From an uncultured Acidobacteriota bacterium (lineage in GTDB: Bacteria; Acidobacteriota; Thermoanaerobaculia; Multivoradales; UBA5704): a stretch of DNA of 64,000 nt. Each line of letters starts with the position of its first letter. The first letter of the stretch is position 1. Made by a program: the position numbers and the translations under genes. Positions 31,281 through 40,390 of this stretch are shown piece by piece. Location of the stretch: assembly GCA_963770895.1 (NCBI GenBank), contig CAVYRF010000002.1, forward strand, positions 3,104,001 through 3,168,000. The letters run 5' to 3'. The notes under the pieces were generated by a model that was not told the origin of the DNA, did no database searches, and saw only the letters and a list, made by a program, of their open reading frames with translations.

Positions 31281-31818
31281 GTTTTCAGTCTCCACAGGTG
31301 GGTTGAATCTACGCCACGCGACCTGCTGTGAATAGGTACCCCCCGAGGCCGTCCGCGGTTCATCCCGCGGTGCGGCGCGCGCGGGGCCGGCCCGCGCCGC
31401 GACCCCGCCCCGACGTTTCGCCTGCCGTGCGGGTACCGGCGGGGGCTCTACTGGCATCGCTGGTGGTAGGTGGTATGGCGGCCGCGGCTCGGGATCTCGA
31501 GGTTCAGCCCGGGGGCCTTGACGGTTTCGCCGATCTTTCGCCTCCTGGACATTTTCCGCGAGTACTTCGTCGGGGCTATACAGGATTTCGAGCAGCGTGT
31601 TGTCGGGGAGCGCGGCTGAGATAACGCGCTCTTCGTGGATTGAGGCCATATGCCGACGAGCATACAAACTGGGTGCAGGAGCGAGAAGGTGGAGAAAGGG
31701 GCGCGCCGGTCATGCGCATATCGCCATAGTTACGTTGCGCGGCTCAAACGACACAGCTACCATTGCTTAGTTATTGTCGTTGTTGTCTGGCGCTATTACT
31801 TATGGAGGCGACGGAGCC

Positions 31819-32946
31819 ATGACTAGGCAGGGACTCTTACGGCTCGCCGCAGTTGCGTTCTTCACTGTAACCATTGCCTTTTATGTCATTTTGTCCCTGC
31901 CGATTTTTTTGTTGCTACGCAACCTCGGCTTATCCGATGTTCTGACCATCGGATCACCGCTCATTCAAATCTATTTCTTGGCCTGCATCATTCTCGTGGA
32001 GAGCTTTGTTGTCTACCGATGGTTTCGTCCGCAGCGCCCTCGTTTGTATAAGCTAACTGGCACAGCTGCGCTGCTCACCGCAACTATAACGGCCTTACTT
32101 ATCTCGCTTTCCACCCATACAGAACGCCACCCCGCAACAGCTTCAGACATAGTAGCAACACGCCGACCGGAGCCAGAAAGCGCACCAAGCAATGGGGGCG
32201 ATGCCGGCGTCGAGCGCCCCGACCCCACGGCCGGCCAGGCGCCCGGCGAGCAGGCGGCGCGGGCGGATGCCGCCCTGGCCATGCGGATACAGGACGAGGG
32301 GGCCCGGGAACGGCGACCCGGCCGTGGACTGCGGTATTTGCGACGACGCCACGATGCACCACCTCCAGCGCCATCGGTCGACGACCTAATAAGTCAGATG
32401 GCGACGGCACCGATGACGCTCACGGCGCCGCCTTCGATGCAGCGCGATGCGGCAGCGACCATCACCCTGGTGCTTGACCCTTCAAAGACCTTGGCTGACC
32501 TCATGAAACAGTTCGACGCCAATCAGACAAAGGGGTACACTGTCAGGTTCGCAGACCGCATGCAGGCCACCCTTACCGGGGACGGCTTTGCCATCACGCC
32601 ATCTGGTCCAAGTATCCAGGCGGTATCTGAAAAAGTGCCGACCCAGTGGAACTGGGACATTCGGGCGATCAAAAAAGGAAGCCAAAGTCTGGACGTAACG
32701 CTCGATGCTCTCCTCATGGTCGACGGGTCGTCCACACCCCGCACTGTCAAGACATTTGTTCAGACCATAACGGTAGAAGTGACCACACCTCAAATACTCA
32801 GTGACTTTTTCAAGGCCAACTGGCAATGGCTATGGGCCTCGATCTTGGTGCCCCTGGCTGGCTGGACAATGAGACGCAAGCCTCCCACTGCACAGGCTGC
32901 GAGGCCAGGGATTCCGCGCGCATCGGTAAGGCTAGGCGATTCGTAG
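31819..32946 (+). CDS. hypothetical membrane protein of atypical (lower GC) composition
   Basis: Three N-terminal TM segments, C-terminal beta domain (WNWDIRA) and TM; many A/T-ending codons; GGAG before ATG 31819. Confidence 0.65.
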   Translation: MTRQGLLRLAAVAFFTVTIAFYVILSLPIFLLLRNLGLSDVLTIGSPLIQIYFLACIILVESFVVYRWFRPQRPRLYKLTGTAALLTATITALLISLSTHTERHPATASDIVATRRPEPESAPSNGGDAGVERPDPTAGQAPGEQAARADAALAMRIQDEGARERRPGRGLRYLRRRHDAPPPAPSVDDLISQMATAPMTLTAPPSMQRDAAATITLVLDPSKTLADLMKQFDANQTKGYTVRFADRMQATLTGDGFAITPSGPSIQAVSEKVPTQWNWDIRAIKKGSQSLDVTLDALLMVDGSSTPRTVKTFVQTITVEVTTPQILSDFFKANWQWLWASILVPLAGWTMRRKPPTAQAARPGIPRASVRLGDS

Positions 32947-32982
32947 GCACAACGATTCCAATTTAGTAACGGGACCGAAGAG

Positions 32983-33435
32983 ACGCCACTTTCGAAGAGA
33001 ACCAAGGCGGACGAGGACCTGAGCATCCGCATCCGATCGCTCCACGAGCGATCACGAGGTACTTACGGAGCGCCGCGGATCCAAGCCGAGCTGGCGCAGA
33101 AGGGCAACGCGTCAGCCGCAAACGAGTGGCACGATTGATGAGGCTGCTGGGCGTGCAAGGGGTCAGTCGTCGCCGGCAGTTTTGTACGACGATTCGCGAT
33201 CGGGCTGGACGCCAGGCGCCCGGCTTGGTGGAGCGCAAGTTTCAAGCCGCAGTTCGCGATCAGCTCTGGGTCGCAGACATCACCTATATCCCTACAGCGA
33301 CGGGCTTCCTGTACCTGGCCGTAGTGGTCGACGCCTGGAGTTGTTGGGTGGTCGGCTACCACGCATCTGCGTACCGAGCTCGTGCTGGAGGCTCTGGACA
33401 TGGCGATCGCCCAGCGCAGGCCCAGCGGGGGTGAT
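32983..33435 (+). pseudogene. IS3-family transposase OrfB fragment
   Basis: HERSRGTYGAPRIQAEL, frameshift near 33104, VSRKRVARLMR, LWVADITYIPT..GFLYLAVVVDAWS, second break near 33360, LRTELVLEALDMAI; truncated before the DDE triad is complete. Confidence 0.9.
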
Positions 33436-33520
33436 TGATCTGCTCCCAATGACAGGTCAACTTGAAAGGTGAGTCCCCGCCGCCCAACACCGGTGGCGCC
33501 AGCTCAACGCCGCTCATTTG
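33436..33520 (-). mobile_element. probable terminal remnant of a second IS3-family element
   Basis: TGATCTGCTCCC begins exactly where the OrfB fragment breaks off; resembles 5'-TG IS3 inverted-repeat ends. The inner boundary is approximate. Confidence 0.45.
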
Positions 33521-33557
33521 CGGCCTCCTCTTCGAGCCGGCGTCTCGTTACGCTTCA

Positions 33558-33587
33558 TTGCCGCTGGCGGAGGGTTCGGCGTACAAT
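33558..33587 (+). promoter_or_regulatory. sigma70-like promoter for the kinase operon
   Basis: TTGCCG (33558-33563), 18 nt, TACAAT (33582-33587), upstream of ATG 33642. Confidence 0.5.
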
Positions 33588-33641
33588 GGCGGACCACCCC
33601 GGGGGGCTTTTGGCGCCGCCGACGGGTGCGGTACGTGCCCG

Positions 33642-35456
33642 ATGATCGAGCTGTCACAAGTCCCCTCCGAACTGTTCGCGCCGATCCTGGCGGGCAACCT
33701 GCGCCAGGTGGGGCCGCTGCACAAGCTGGTGGTGCACTTTCTGCGCGCGGTGCGGCTGCGGCTGGGGGCGGACGTGGCGTGGGTGACGCGGGTGGGGCAG
33801 GGGGAGCGGCTGCTGCCCGGCGACCGGCTGGTCGACGGCGCCGCGGCGCTGGCCGACGAGGCGTTGGCGGCGGCGTTCCTGCGCCACGAGCGGCCGGCGA
33901 TCCCGCCGCGGGTGGCGCTGGGGTCGCTGATCGTGCAGGGGCGGCAGGTGGCGGTGGTGGGCGCCGCGCGGCGCCTGGAGGACCTGGCGCCGGTGGCGCG
34001 GCGGGCGCTGCCGCGCCTGTGCGCGGTGCTGGGGCGGGAGCTGGCGCACCGCGAAGAGGAGCGGCTGGCGCGGGTGCTCGACCGCATCCGCGAAAAGATC
34101 GTCTCGGAGCTGCGGCCGCTCGACGTCGCGTACCAGATCCTGGACGGCCTGCACCAGCTGGTCGAGTACGACCACTCGTCGGCGTTCCTGGCCTATGACT
34201 GCGAGAATTGCGCCTTCCGCATCGAAGCCGAAAAGATCGTCTGGACCAAGGCCAAAAGCCCCTTCGTCGGGCGGGAGATCCGGCTGCCGGCCGAACGCAT
34301 CGGCAGGATCAGCCGCGGCATCGAGATCCACACCGTCCCCGAACCGGGGCCCGGCGGCGGCATGGTGCGGCTGGGCGACGGCTTTCGCGAGCTGCTCGAC
34401 TACCATCGCGAAGGCGGCAGCCCGCCGGTCACCAGCCTGCTGTCGGCGCCGCTCTTCTACGAGGGCGAATTTTTGGGCCTGCTCAAGATGGCGGCGTGGA
34501 AGCGGCAGCCCTTTGCGCGCCACGACCTGGACGTCGTGCAGCGCTTCCTGCCCGCCGCGGCGGTGTCGATGCGCAACGCGCGGGTCAACCGCTCGCTGGA
34601 GATGCAGGCCATCGAAGCGGAAGTGAAAGCCAGCCTGGTGACGCTTTCGCACGCCGTGGCGCACGACGTCAACAACGCGGTGGGCAGCATCCTGCCGCTG
34701 GCGCAGCAGATGCGCTTCGAGCTGCACCACGGCCAGCTGGATGCCGACACCTTCGACCGCGACCTGGGGGTGATCATCGACAACGCCCGCCTCTGCCAGC
34801 GGATCTTTTCCAACATGCTGCGGGTGGCGGGCACCGGGCGGGTGTCCGAAGGCCCGGTGGACGTGCCGCAGGTGGTGGCGGAAACCATGCCGTTCCTGCT
34901 GTCGCTCGCCGCGCGCCGCGGCATCGACATCGCGCTCGACCTGGCGCCGGGGCTGCCGGCGGTGCGCGCCGGACGGCAGGATCTGCAGCACATCGTCCTC
35001 AACCTGGTGCGCAACTCGCTGCAGGCGATGACGCCGCACGGCGCCCTGCCGGGGGCCAACGGGGTGCACGGCGCGGCGTACGGCCCTGCCGGCGAGGTGG
35101 CGGAACCGGCCGGTGTTCGTGGCGGTTTCGGCGGTGCTGCCGGCGTCGGCGGCGCCGGCCGCGCCGGCGACAGCGGCGGCAGGGTGGAGATCACGGTGCG
35201 CGGCGTCGACGGCGCCGTCGAGCTGGCGGTGGCCGACGACGGCCCCGGCATTCCGGCGGAGCTGCTGTCCAAGGTGCAGGAGCCGTTCTTTTCGACCCGT
35301 CCCGGCGGCTCCGGCCTGGGGCTGGCGATCTGCCGGGCGCTCGCCTGGCAGAACGGCGGCAGCCTCAAGATCCAGAGCCCGCTGGCCGGGCTGGACCGCG
35401 GCACCAAGGTCACCGTGCGGCTCGAAGCCGAGCGGCGCGCGGCGGAGCTGGCGTGA
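33642..35456 (+). CDS. GAF-domain sensor histidine kinase (cytoplasmic)
   Basis: GAF-like LLSAPL..EGEFLGLL; H-box AHDVNN; N-box NLVRNS; DDGPG, PFFSTR, GSGLGL. Confidence 0.9.
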   Translation: MIELSQVPSELFAPILAGNLRQVGPLHKLVVHFLRAVRLRLGADVAWVTRVGQGERLLPGDRLVDGAAALADEALAAAFLRHERPAIPPRVALGSLIVQGRQVAVVGAARRLEDLAPVARRALPRLCAVLGRELAHREEERLARVLDRIREKIVSELRPLDVAYQILDGLHQLVEYDHSSAFLAYDCENCAFRIEAEKIVWTKAKSPFVGREIRLPAERIGRISRGIEIHTVPEPGPGGGMVRLGDGFRELLDYHREGGSPPVTSLLSAPLFYEGEFLGLLKMAAWKRQPFARHDLDVVQRFLPAAAVSMRNARVNRSLEMQAIEAEVKASLVTLSHAVAHDVNNAVGSILPLAQQMRFELHHGQLDADTFDRDLGVIIDNARLCQRIFSNMLRVAGTGRVSEGPVDVPQVVAETMPFLLSLAARRGIDIALDLAPGLPAVRAGRQDLQHIVLNLVRNSLQAMTPHGALPGANGVHGAAYGPAGEVAEPAGVRGGFGGAAGVGGAGRAGDSGGRVEITVRGVDGAVELAVADDGPGIPAELLSKVQEPFFSTRPGGSGLGLAICRALAWQNGGSLKIQSPLAGLDRGTKVTVRLEAERRAAELA

Positions 35457-36862
35457 GCGGGCGCGACCGCATTCTGGTGGTGGACGACGATCCCGGCATG
35501 CGCCGGGCGCTGCAGCGCATCCTGGCGCCCTGGTACGACGTGGAAACCGCCGCCGGAGCGACCGCGGCGCTGGCCCGCCTGCGGATCCCCGCCGTCCCGC
35601 TCGCCGCGGCGGGCCAGGCTAGCGCGGCTGGCGCGGCCGGCGGCGCGCCCGCGACGGGCGCCGGGACCGGCGGCACGGCGGTGGCGACGCCGACGCCGGC
35701 GCACGTGGAAGGCAATGACGGAGGGGGCGGCGGCGGTGGCATTGCGCTCGCCCTGGTGGACGTGCGGCTGATGGAGGGCGACGGCTACTCGCTGTGCCAG
35801 GCGATCCGCGAAGGGCGCCCCGAAACCGACGTCATCCTGATCACCGGGTCGCTGTCGCAGCCGGACGAAAAGCTGTACCGCTCGCTCGAGCAGGGGGCGT
35901 TCTACTTCCTGTTCAAGCCTTTCGACCGGCGGGTGCTGCTGGCGCTGGTCGAGCGCTGTCTGCGCCTGCAGCGCGAGCGCGCCGACAAGGAGCGCTTCGG
36001 CCAGGTGCTGGCCGCCGATCTGGAGCGTGCGCGCCGCTTCCAGCACAGCCTGCTGCCGCGGCAGGCGGTCGCCGCCGGCGGCTGGCGGCTTGAGGGGCGC
36101 CTGCTGTCGTGCGACGCCCTGGGGGGCGACATGTTCCAGGCTCACGCCGGCCCCGACGGCGTGGTGTGGGCGGTGACCGACGTGGTGGGCCACGGTGTCG
36201 CCGCCGCGATGTACGCCGGCATGCTGCGCTCGACCCTGGACGCGGCGCGCCGCCGCAGCCCGGAACCGCGCGACATGATCGGGGAGCTGCTGGCGGGGAT
36301 CGATTTTTTCGAAGCCGCCAAGTACGCCACCATGGTCTACGGCCTGCTGCGGCCCGATGGCACGCTGCGCTACGTCAACGCCGGCCATCCGGCGCCGCTG
36401 TGGTTGCATGGCTCTACGGGGTCGCCGGGGACTCGGGGGGGCGCTGCAGCCCAGGGCGCTGATGGTGTCGCGGCAGGCGCCGGAGGCACGGCTGGCGATC
36501 GCCTGGCTGGCGCCTTGCGTGCTGCCGTCCAGCCGCTGCCGGCGACCGGCTTCTTTCTCAGTACGGCGTTTCGCGATCGCCCGCACACGCCGGCCGAAAT
36601 CGTCATGCTGCCGGGAGACCGTCTGCTGGTGTATACCGACGGTGCCTCCGAAGCGTGCGGACCGGCGGGGCAGGAGCTGGGTGCGGCAGCCCTGGCCCAG
36701 GCCCTGGAGGCGTGCCGCGCCCTGCCGCTGACCGACGCCCTGGATGCGCTGCTCGAGCGCATCCGCGATCATTGCGGCGGGTCGCCGATCGACGACGACG
36801 TGACCCTGCTGCTGATCGAACGCACCGCCGCCACTGCCGCCGCGCAGAAAGGGACCGGGTAA
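35453..36862 (+). CDS. response regulator with PP2C/SpoIIE phosphatase output domain
   Basis: ILVVDDD, LVD, ITG, FKPF; Q.SLLP, GGD, DVVGHG, NAGHP, YTDG, DDVT. Confidence 0.92.
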   Translation: MSGRDRILVVDDDPGMRRALQRILAPWYDVETAAGATAALARLRIPAVPLAAAGQASAAGAAGGAPATGAGTGGTAVATPTPAHVEGNDGGGGGGGIALALVDVRLMEGDGYSLCQAIREGRPETDVILITGSLSQPDEKLYRSLEQGAFYFLFKPFDRRVLLALVERCLRLQRERADKERFGQVLAADLERARRFQHSLLPRQAVAAGGWRLEGRLLSCDALGGDMFQAHAGPDGVVWAVTDVVGHGVAAAMYAGMLRSTLDAARRRSPEPRDMIGELLAGIDFFEAAKYATMVYGLLRPDGTLRYVNAGHPAPLWLHGSTGSPGTRGGAAAQGADGVAAGAGGTAGDRLAGALRAAVQPLPATGFFLSTAFRDRPHTPAEIVMLPGDRLLVYTDGASEACGPAGQELGAAALAQALEACRALPLTDALDALLERIRDHCGGSPIDDDVTLLLIERTAATAAAQKGTG

Positions 36863-36864
36863 CC

Positions 36865-38280
36865 ATGGCCGACGTGGCAGATCTCATCCAGGCTCTCCGG
36901 GGGGTGGCGATTTTCGCCGACCTCGAGGAAGAGCAGCTGCGCTGGCTGGCGGAGCAGTGCACCGAGCGGTGGCTGGAGCCGGGAGAAGCCTGGTTGGTGG
37001 AGGGGGCGCCCGCCGACTCCATGGTGATCATCCTCCAGGGGGAAATCCATGGGCGGCGCGAAAAGAACCCCGGCGACAGCTCGGTGGTCGTCATCGGCCA
37101 GGGCGAGGTGAGCGGCATGCTGCCCTTCTCTCGCATGACGACCTTCGGCATCACCGGCCGGGCGGTGGTGCGTTCCCACGTGCTGGCGTTTCCGGCCGTC
37201 CGCTTCCCCGAAATGCTGCGCCGCATCCCGGCGCTCGAGCCGCGCCTGATCGGTTTGCTCACCGACCGGGTGCGCGAAACGGCACGCCGCGATCAGCAGC
37301 GCGAAAAGCTGATGGCGTTGGGTAAGCTCTCGGCCGGCCTGGCGCATGAACTGAACAATCCCGCCGCGGCCGTGCAGCGCTCGGCCGGGGAGCTGCGCGA
37401 CCGCCTGGTGGCGCTGCGCAGCCTGGCGGGCAAGCTGATCGAATGCGGGCCGACGTCCGAATCGATGCAGGCCGCGGTGGACCTGTACCGCAGCGCCATC
37501 GAGCGCAGCCGCCGCAACGGCGCCGAGCTGGACCCGCTGGTCCGCAGCGACCGCGAAGAGGCGCTGGGCGACTGGTTGCAGGAGCACAAGGTGGAGCGCC
37601 CATGGATTCTGGCCGGCACCCTGGCGGGCGTCGGCGTCCAGCCGGCGGAGCTGGACCAGCTGGCGGCGGTGGCGCCGGGGCCGTTTCTGCCCTGCCTGGT
37701 GTCGTGGATGGAGGGCGGCCTGGCTGCCGAGGGCCTGCTGTCAGAGATCGCCAGCGCCGCGCACCGCATCACCGAGCTGGTCGCGGCCATCAAGTCCTAC
37801 TCGCACATGGATGACGGCCAGGGGAGCGCCGAGATCGACCTGCGGCGCGAGATCGAAAGCACGCTGACGATCCTGGCGCACAAGCTGCGCAAAAAGGGCG
37901 TGCAGGTGACCCGCGACTTCGCCGCCGACCTGCCGCCGCTGGTGGTCTATCCGGGAGAGCTCAACCAGGTCTGGACCAACCTGCTCGACAACGCCGCCGA
38001 CGCCGTGGCCCAGGGCGGTCACATCACCGTCCGCGCCATCCGCGAGGGCGACGCGGTGCGGGTGGAGATCCGCGACGACGGCCCCGGTATCCCGGAAGCC
38101 ATCCAGTCGCGGATCTGGGAACCCTTCTTCACCACCAAGCCGGTCGGCGAAGGCACCGGTCTGGGGCTGGAGATCGCCCAGCGCATCGTGGTGCGCCGCC
38201 ACCACGGCACCATGTCGCTGGCCTCGGTCCCCGGCGACACCTGCTTCACGGTGCGGCTGCCGCTGACGCAGCCGCACTAG
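36865..38280 (+). CDS. cNMP-binding-domain histidine kinase
   Basis: N-terminal CAP-like domain (IFADL..L.EG..D.M.IILQG..GEVSG); AHELNNP, NQVWTNLLDNA, DDGPG, FFTTK, GTGLGL. Confidence 0.92.
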   Translation: MADVADLIQALRGVAIFADLEEEQLRWLAEQCTERWLEPGEAWLVEGAPADSMVIILQGEIHGRREKNPGDSSVVVIGQGEVSGMLPFSRMTTFGITGRAVVRSHVLAFPAVRFPEMLRRIPALEPRLIGLLTDRVRETARRDQQREKLMALGKLSAGLAHELNNPAAAVQRSAGELRDRLVALRSLAGKLIECGPTSESMQAAVDLYRSAIERSRRNGAELDPLVRSDREEALGDWLQEHKVERPWILAGTLAGVGVQPAELDQLAAVAPGPFLPCLVSWMEGGLAAEGLLSEIASAAHRITELVAAIKSYSHMDDGQGSAEIDLRREIESTLTILAHKLRKKGVQVTRDFAADLPPLVVYPGELNQVWTNLLDNAADAVAQGGHITVRAIREGDAVRVEIRDDGPGIPEAIQSRIWEPFFTTKPVGEGTGLGLEIAQRIVVRRHHGTMSLASVPGDTCFTVRLPLTQPH

Positions 38281-38289
38281 CCGCGCAGT

Positions 38290-38307
38290 CTAGTGGCCTG
38301 GCACTAG
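38290..38307. repeat. 18-bp remnant of repeat A ends (CTAGTGGCCTG-GCACTAG)
   Basis: First 11 nt identical to the left end of the 45747 element; lies between two convergent TAG stops. Confidence 0.5.
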
Positions 38308-40331
38308 CCGCGCCAGTCCAGGATCTTGTCGACCGCGGACTGGGTGACGGAGTGATAGCCGGGGCGGGCGCGGATGTAGATGCGCAGCGCGGTTTCGGTG
38401 CCGGCGGCGGTCTTGCCCATTTCCGTGTACAGCGGTTCGACGTACTTGCCGCGGCCGACGGTCAGCAGGAAGCGTTCCAGGGTGGCGTTGGCGGGTGCAT
38501 AGCCGGTGCGCACCGCGAGCAGCAGCCAGCGGTCCAGGATCTCGTCGTTGCCGCTGGCGGTGAAGTGAAACGCGGTGTCCAGCTCCGCCATCTGCGCGGC
38601 GGTCGTCGCCGGCGGCAGGTCGTGCAGGAAGTGCAGCCACTGGAAGGTGGCCCAGCCGGTGGTGGCAAGCTGCGACGGGGGAGTGCCCTGGGTGAAGGCC
38701 GCCGCCTGCTGATCCACCTTGGTGAACGCCGCGGAGTGGACGGTGATGGCGTTGGCCGGCAGCCCGGTGCCGTACAGCCAATCGTCCAGGCGCAGCGATT
38801 CGGCCAGACCCGGACTGGCGTCCAGCAGGTGCTCCTTCAGGTAGGCGGCAAAGCGGCGCGTGTCCATCGACTGAAAGGCGAAGGCGGCAAAATACTCGCG
38901 CAGGAAGCGATCGAAGCGCGGCCGCCCCACCGAGGACTCGATCGTCGACAGGAAGAGCGCCCCCTTTTCGTAGCCGATGAGCGAGGTGGCTTCGTCGGGG
39001 TCGCGGCCGGCCGCGTCCAGGTGCAGGCGGGTGTCGGGGCTGGTCATCCCCATCTCGTGCAGGGTGTCGTCCAGGTCGGCGCGGCCGAGCACCTTCAGCA
39101 TGTCGGCGTAGTCCCGGCCGTACAGCGACTCCATGATGCGCCGCTCGAAGTAGACGGTGAAGCCTTCGTTGAGCCAGAAATCGTTCCAGGTGGCGTTGGT
39201 GACCAGGTTGCCCGACCACGAATGCGCCAGCTCGTGGGCGACCACCGACACCAGGGAGCGGTCGCCGGCCAGCAGGGTGGGGGTGGCGAAGGTGAGGCGC
39301 GGGTTTTCCATGCCGCCGTACGGGTAGCTGGGCGGCAGCACCAACAGGTCGTAGCGCCCCCATCGATAGGGGCCGTACAGCTTTTCGGCGGCGTCCATCA
39401 TGCGCGGTATGTCGGCCAGCTCCCAGGCGGCGCGGTCGATCACGGTGGGCAGCGCGTACACGCCGCTGCGGTTGGACAGCGGCTTCCAGGCGATGTCGCC
39501 CACCGCCAGCGCCAGCAGGTAGGACGGGATCGCCTGCGGCATCTTGAAGCGATAGACCCCGTCGGCGCTGCGCGCGGTGGGATTTTCAGCGCTCATCACC
39601 GCCATCGCGCCCGGCGGCACGCGCACCGTCGCCTCGTAGGTCTGGCGCACCGACGGCGTGTCCTGGCACGGCACCCAGGTGCGCGCCAGGATGGCCTCCG
39701 ATTGGGTGTACAGAAACGGTTGCAGGCTGCCGGCCTGCGCCGGCGTCAGCCACTGCAGCGCCGCGGCCTGGGGACGGGTGGCGTAGGTGATGATCACCGC
39801 CGGTGCGTCGGGCGGGACGCGGATGGCGAGCGCGCTGCCGACAAAGGGCGCCGGAGCGCTGAGCGTGAACGGCACCTCCGTCTTGCCGTCGGCCAGCGTG
39901 ACGCGCCGGATGTCCAGGTCGCGGCTATCCAGGTACAGCGTGTCGGCGCGGCTCCCGTGACGCAGCCGCAGGGTGGCGGTGCCGGTCAGCTGCCGGGCGG
40001 CAAAATCGACCGTCAGGTCGAGCGCCAGGTGGTCGACCGCCACCTCCCAAGGCCGCGCAAAGCTGTGCGGGTCGGTCTCCGCCGGGGCGGTCGCGGCGGT
40101 GGCGCCGCCGCCGGCGGGCGCGGACCCGGCGGCAGCGGTGGCGGTGGAGGATGGCTCGCCGGGGCCGGCGCCGGGCTGCGTCCCGGCGGGTGTGCCGGAC
40201 GCTGCGCCGCCGGGTGCCGCGGCAGGGGCCGGCGCCGGCGGCGTGTGCGGTGCGGAGGCGCAGGCTGCCAGCCACGCCAGGCAGCCCGCCAGCGCGATCG
40301 AGATCCAGAGAGAACGCTTGCAGACGCGCAT
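38304..40331 (-). CDS. M1 aminopeptidase (leukotriene A4 hydrolase-like), probable lipoprotein
   Basis: Lipobox LAAC; PCQDTP, GGMEN, HELAHSW..WLNEG, YEKG, VGR.K; TATAAT (minus strand, 40390-40395) upstream. Confidence 0.93.
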   Translation of the reverse strand: MRVCKRSLWISIALAGCLAWLAACASAPHTPPAPAPAAAPGGAASGTPAGTQPGAGPGEPSSTATAAAGSAPAGGGATAATAPAETDPHSFARPWEVAVDHLALDLTVDFAARQLTGTATLRLRHGSRADTLYLDSRDLDIRRVTLADGKTEVPFTLSAPAPFVGSALAIRVPPDAPAVIITYATRPQAAALQWLTPAQAGSLQPFLYTQSEAILARTWVPCQDTPSVRQTYEATVRVPPGAMAVMSAENPTARSADGVYRFKMPQAIPSYLLALAVGDIAWKPLSNRSGVYALPTVIDRAAWELADIPRMMDAAEKLYGPYRWGRYDLLVLPPSYPYGGMENPRLTFATPTLLAGDRSLVSVVAHELAHSWSGNLVTNATWNDFWLNEGFTVYFERRIMESLYGRDYADMLKVLGRADLDDTLHEMGMTSPDTRLHLDAAGRDPDEATSLIGYEKGALFLSTIESSVGRPRFDRFLREYFAAFAFQSMDTRRFAAYLKEHLLDASPGLAESLRLDDWLYGTGLPANAITVHSAAFTKVDQQAAAFTQGTPPSQLATTGWATFQWLHFLHDLPPATTAAQMAELDTAFHFTASGNDEILDRWLLLAVRTGYAPANATLERFLLTVGRGKYVEPLYTEMGKTAAGTETALRIYIRARPGYHSVTQSAVDKILDWRG

Positions 40332-40390
40332 GAGTGCTCCTCGCAGGCCAGGATGTCGCGACCGCCGCGCCGCCCGCCCGGACCGGCGCA

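Noticed and set aside
29835-31667. 610-aa version of the barrel gene
   Set aside because: Signal peptide and RBS point to ATG 31280; the extension runs through a compositionally mixed remnant region.
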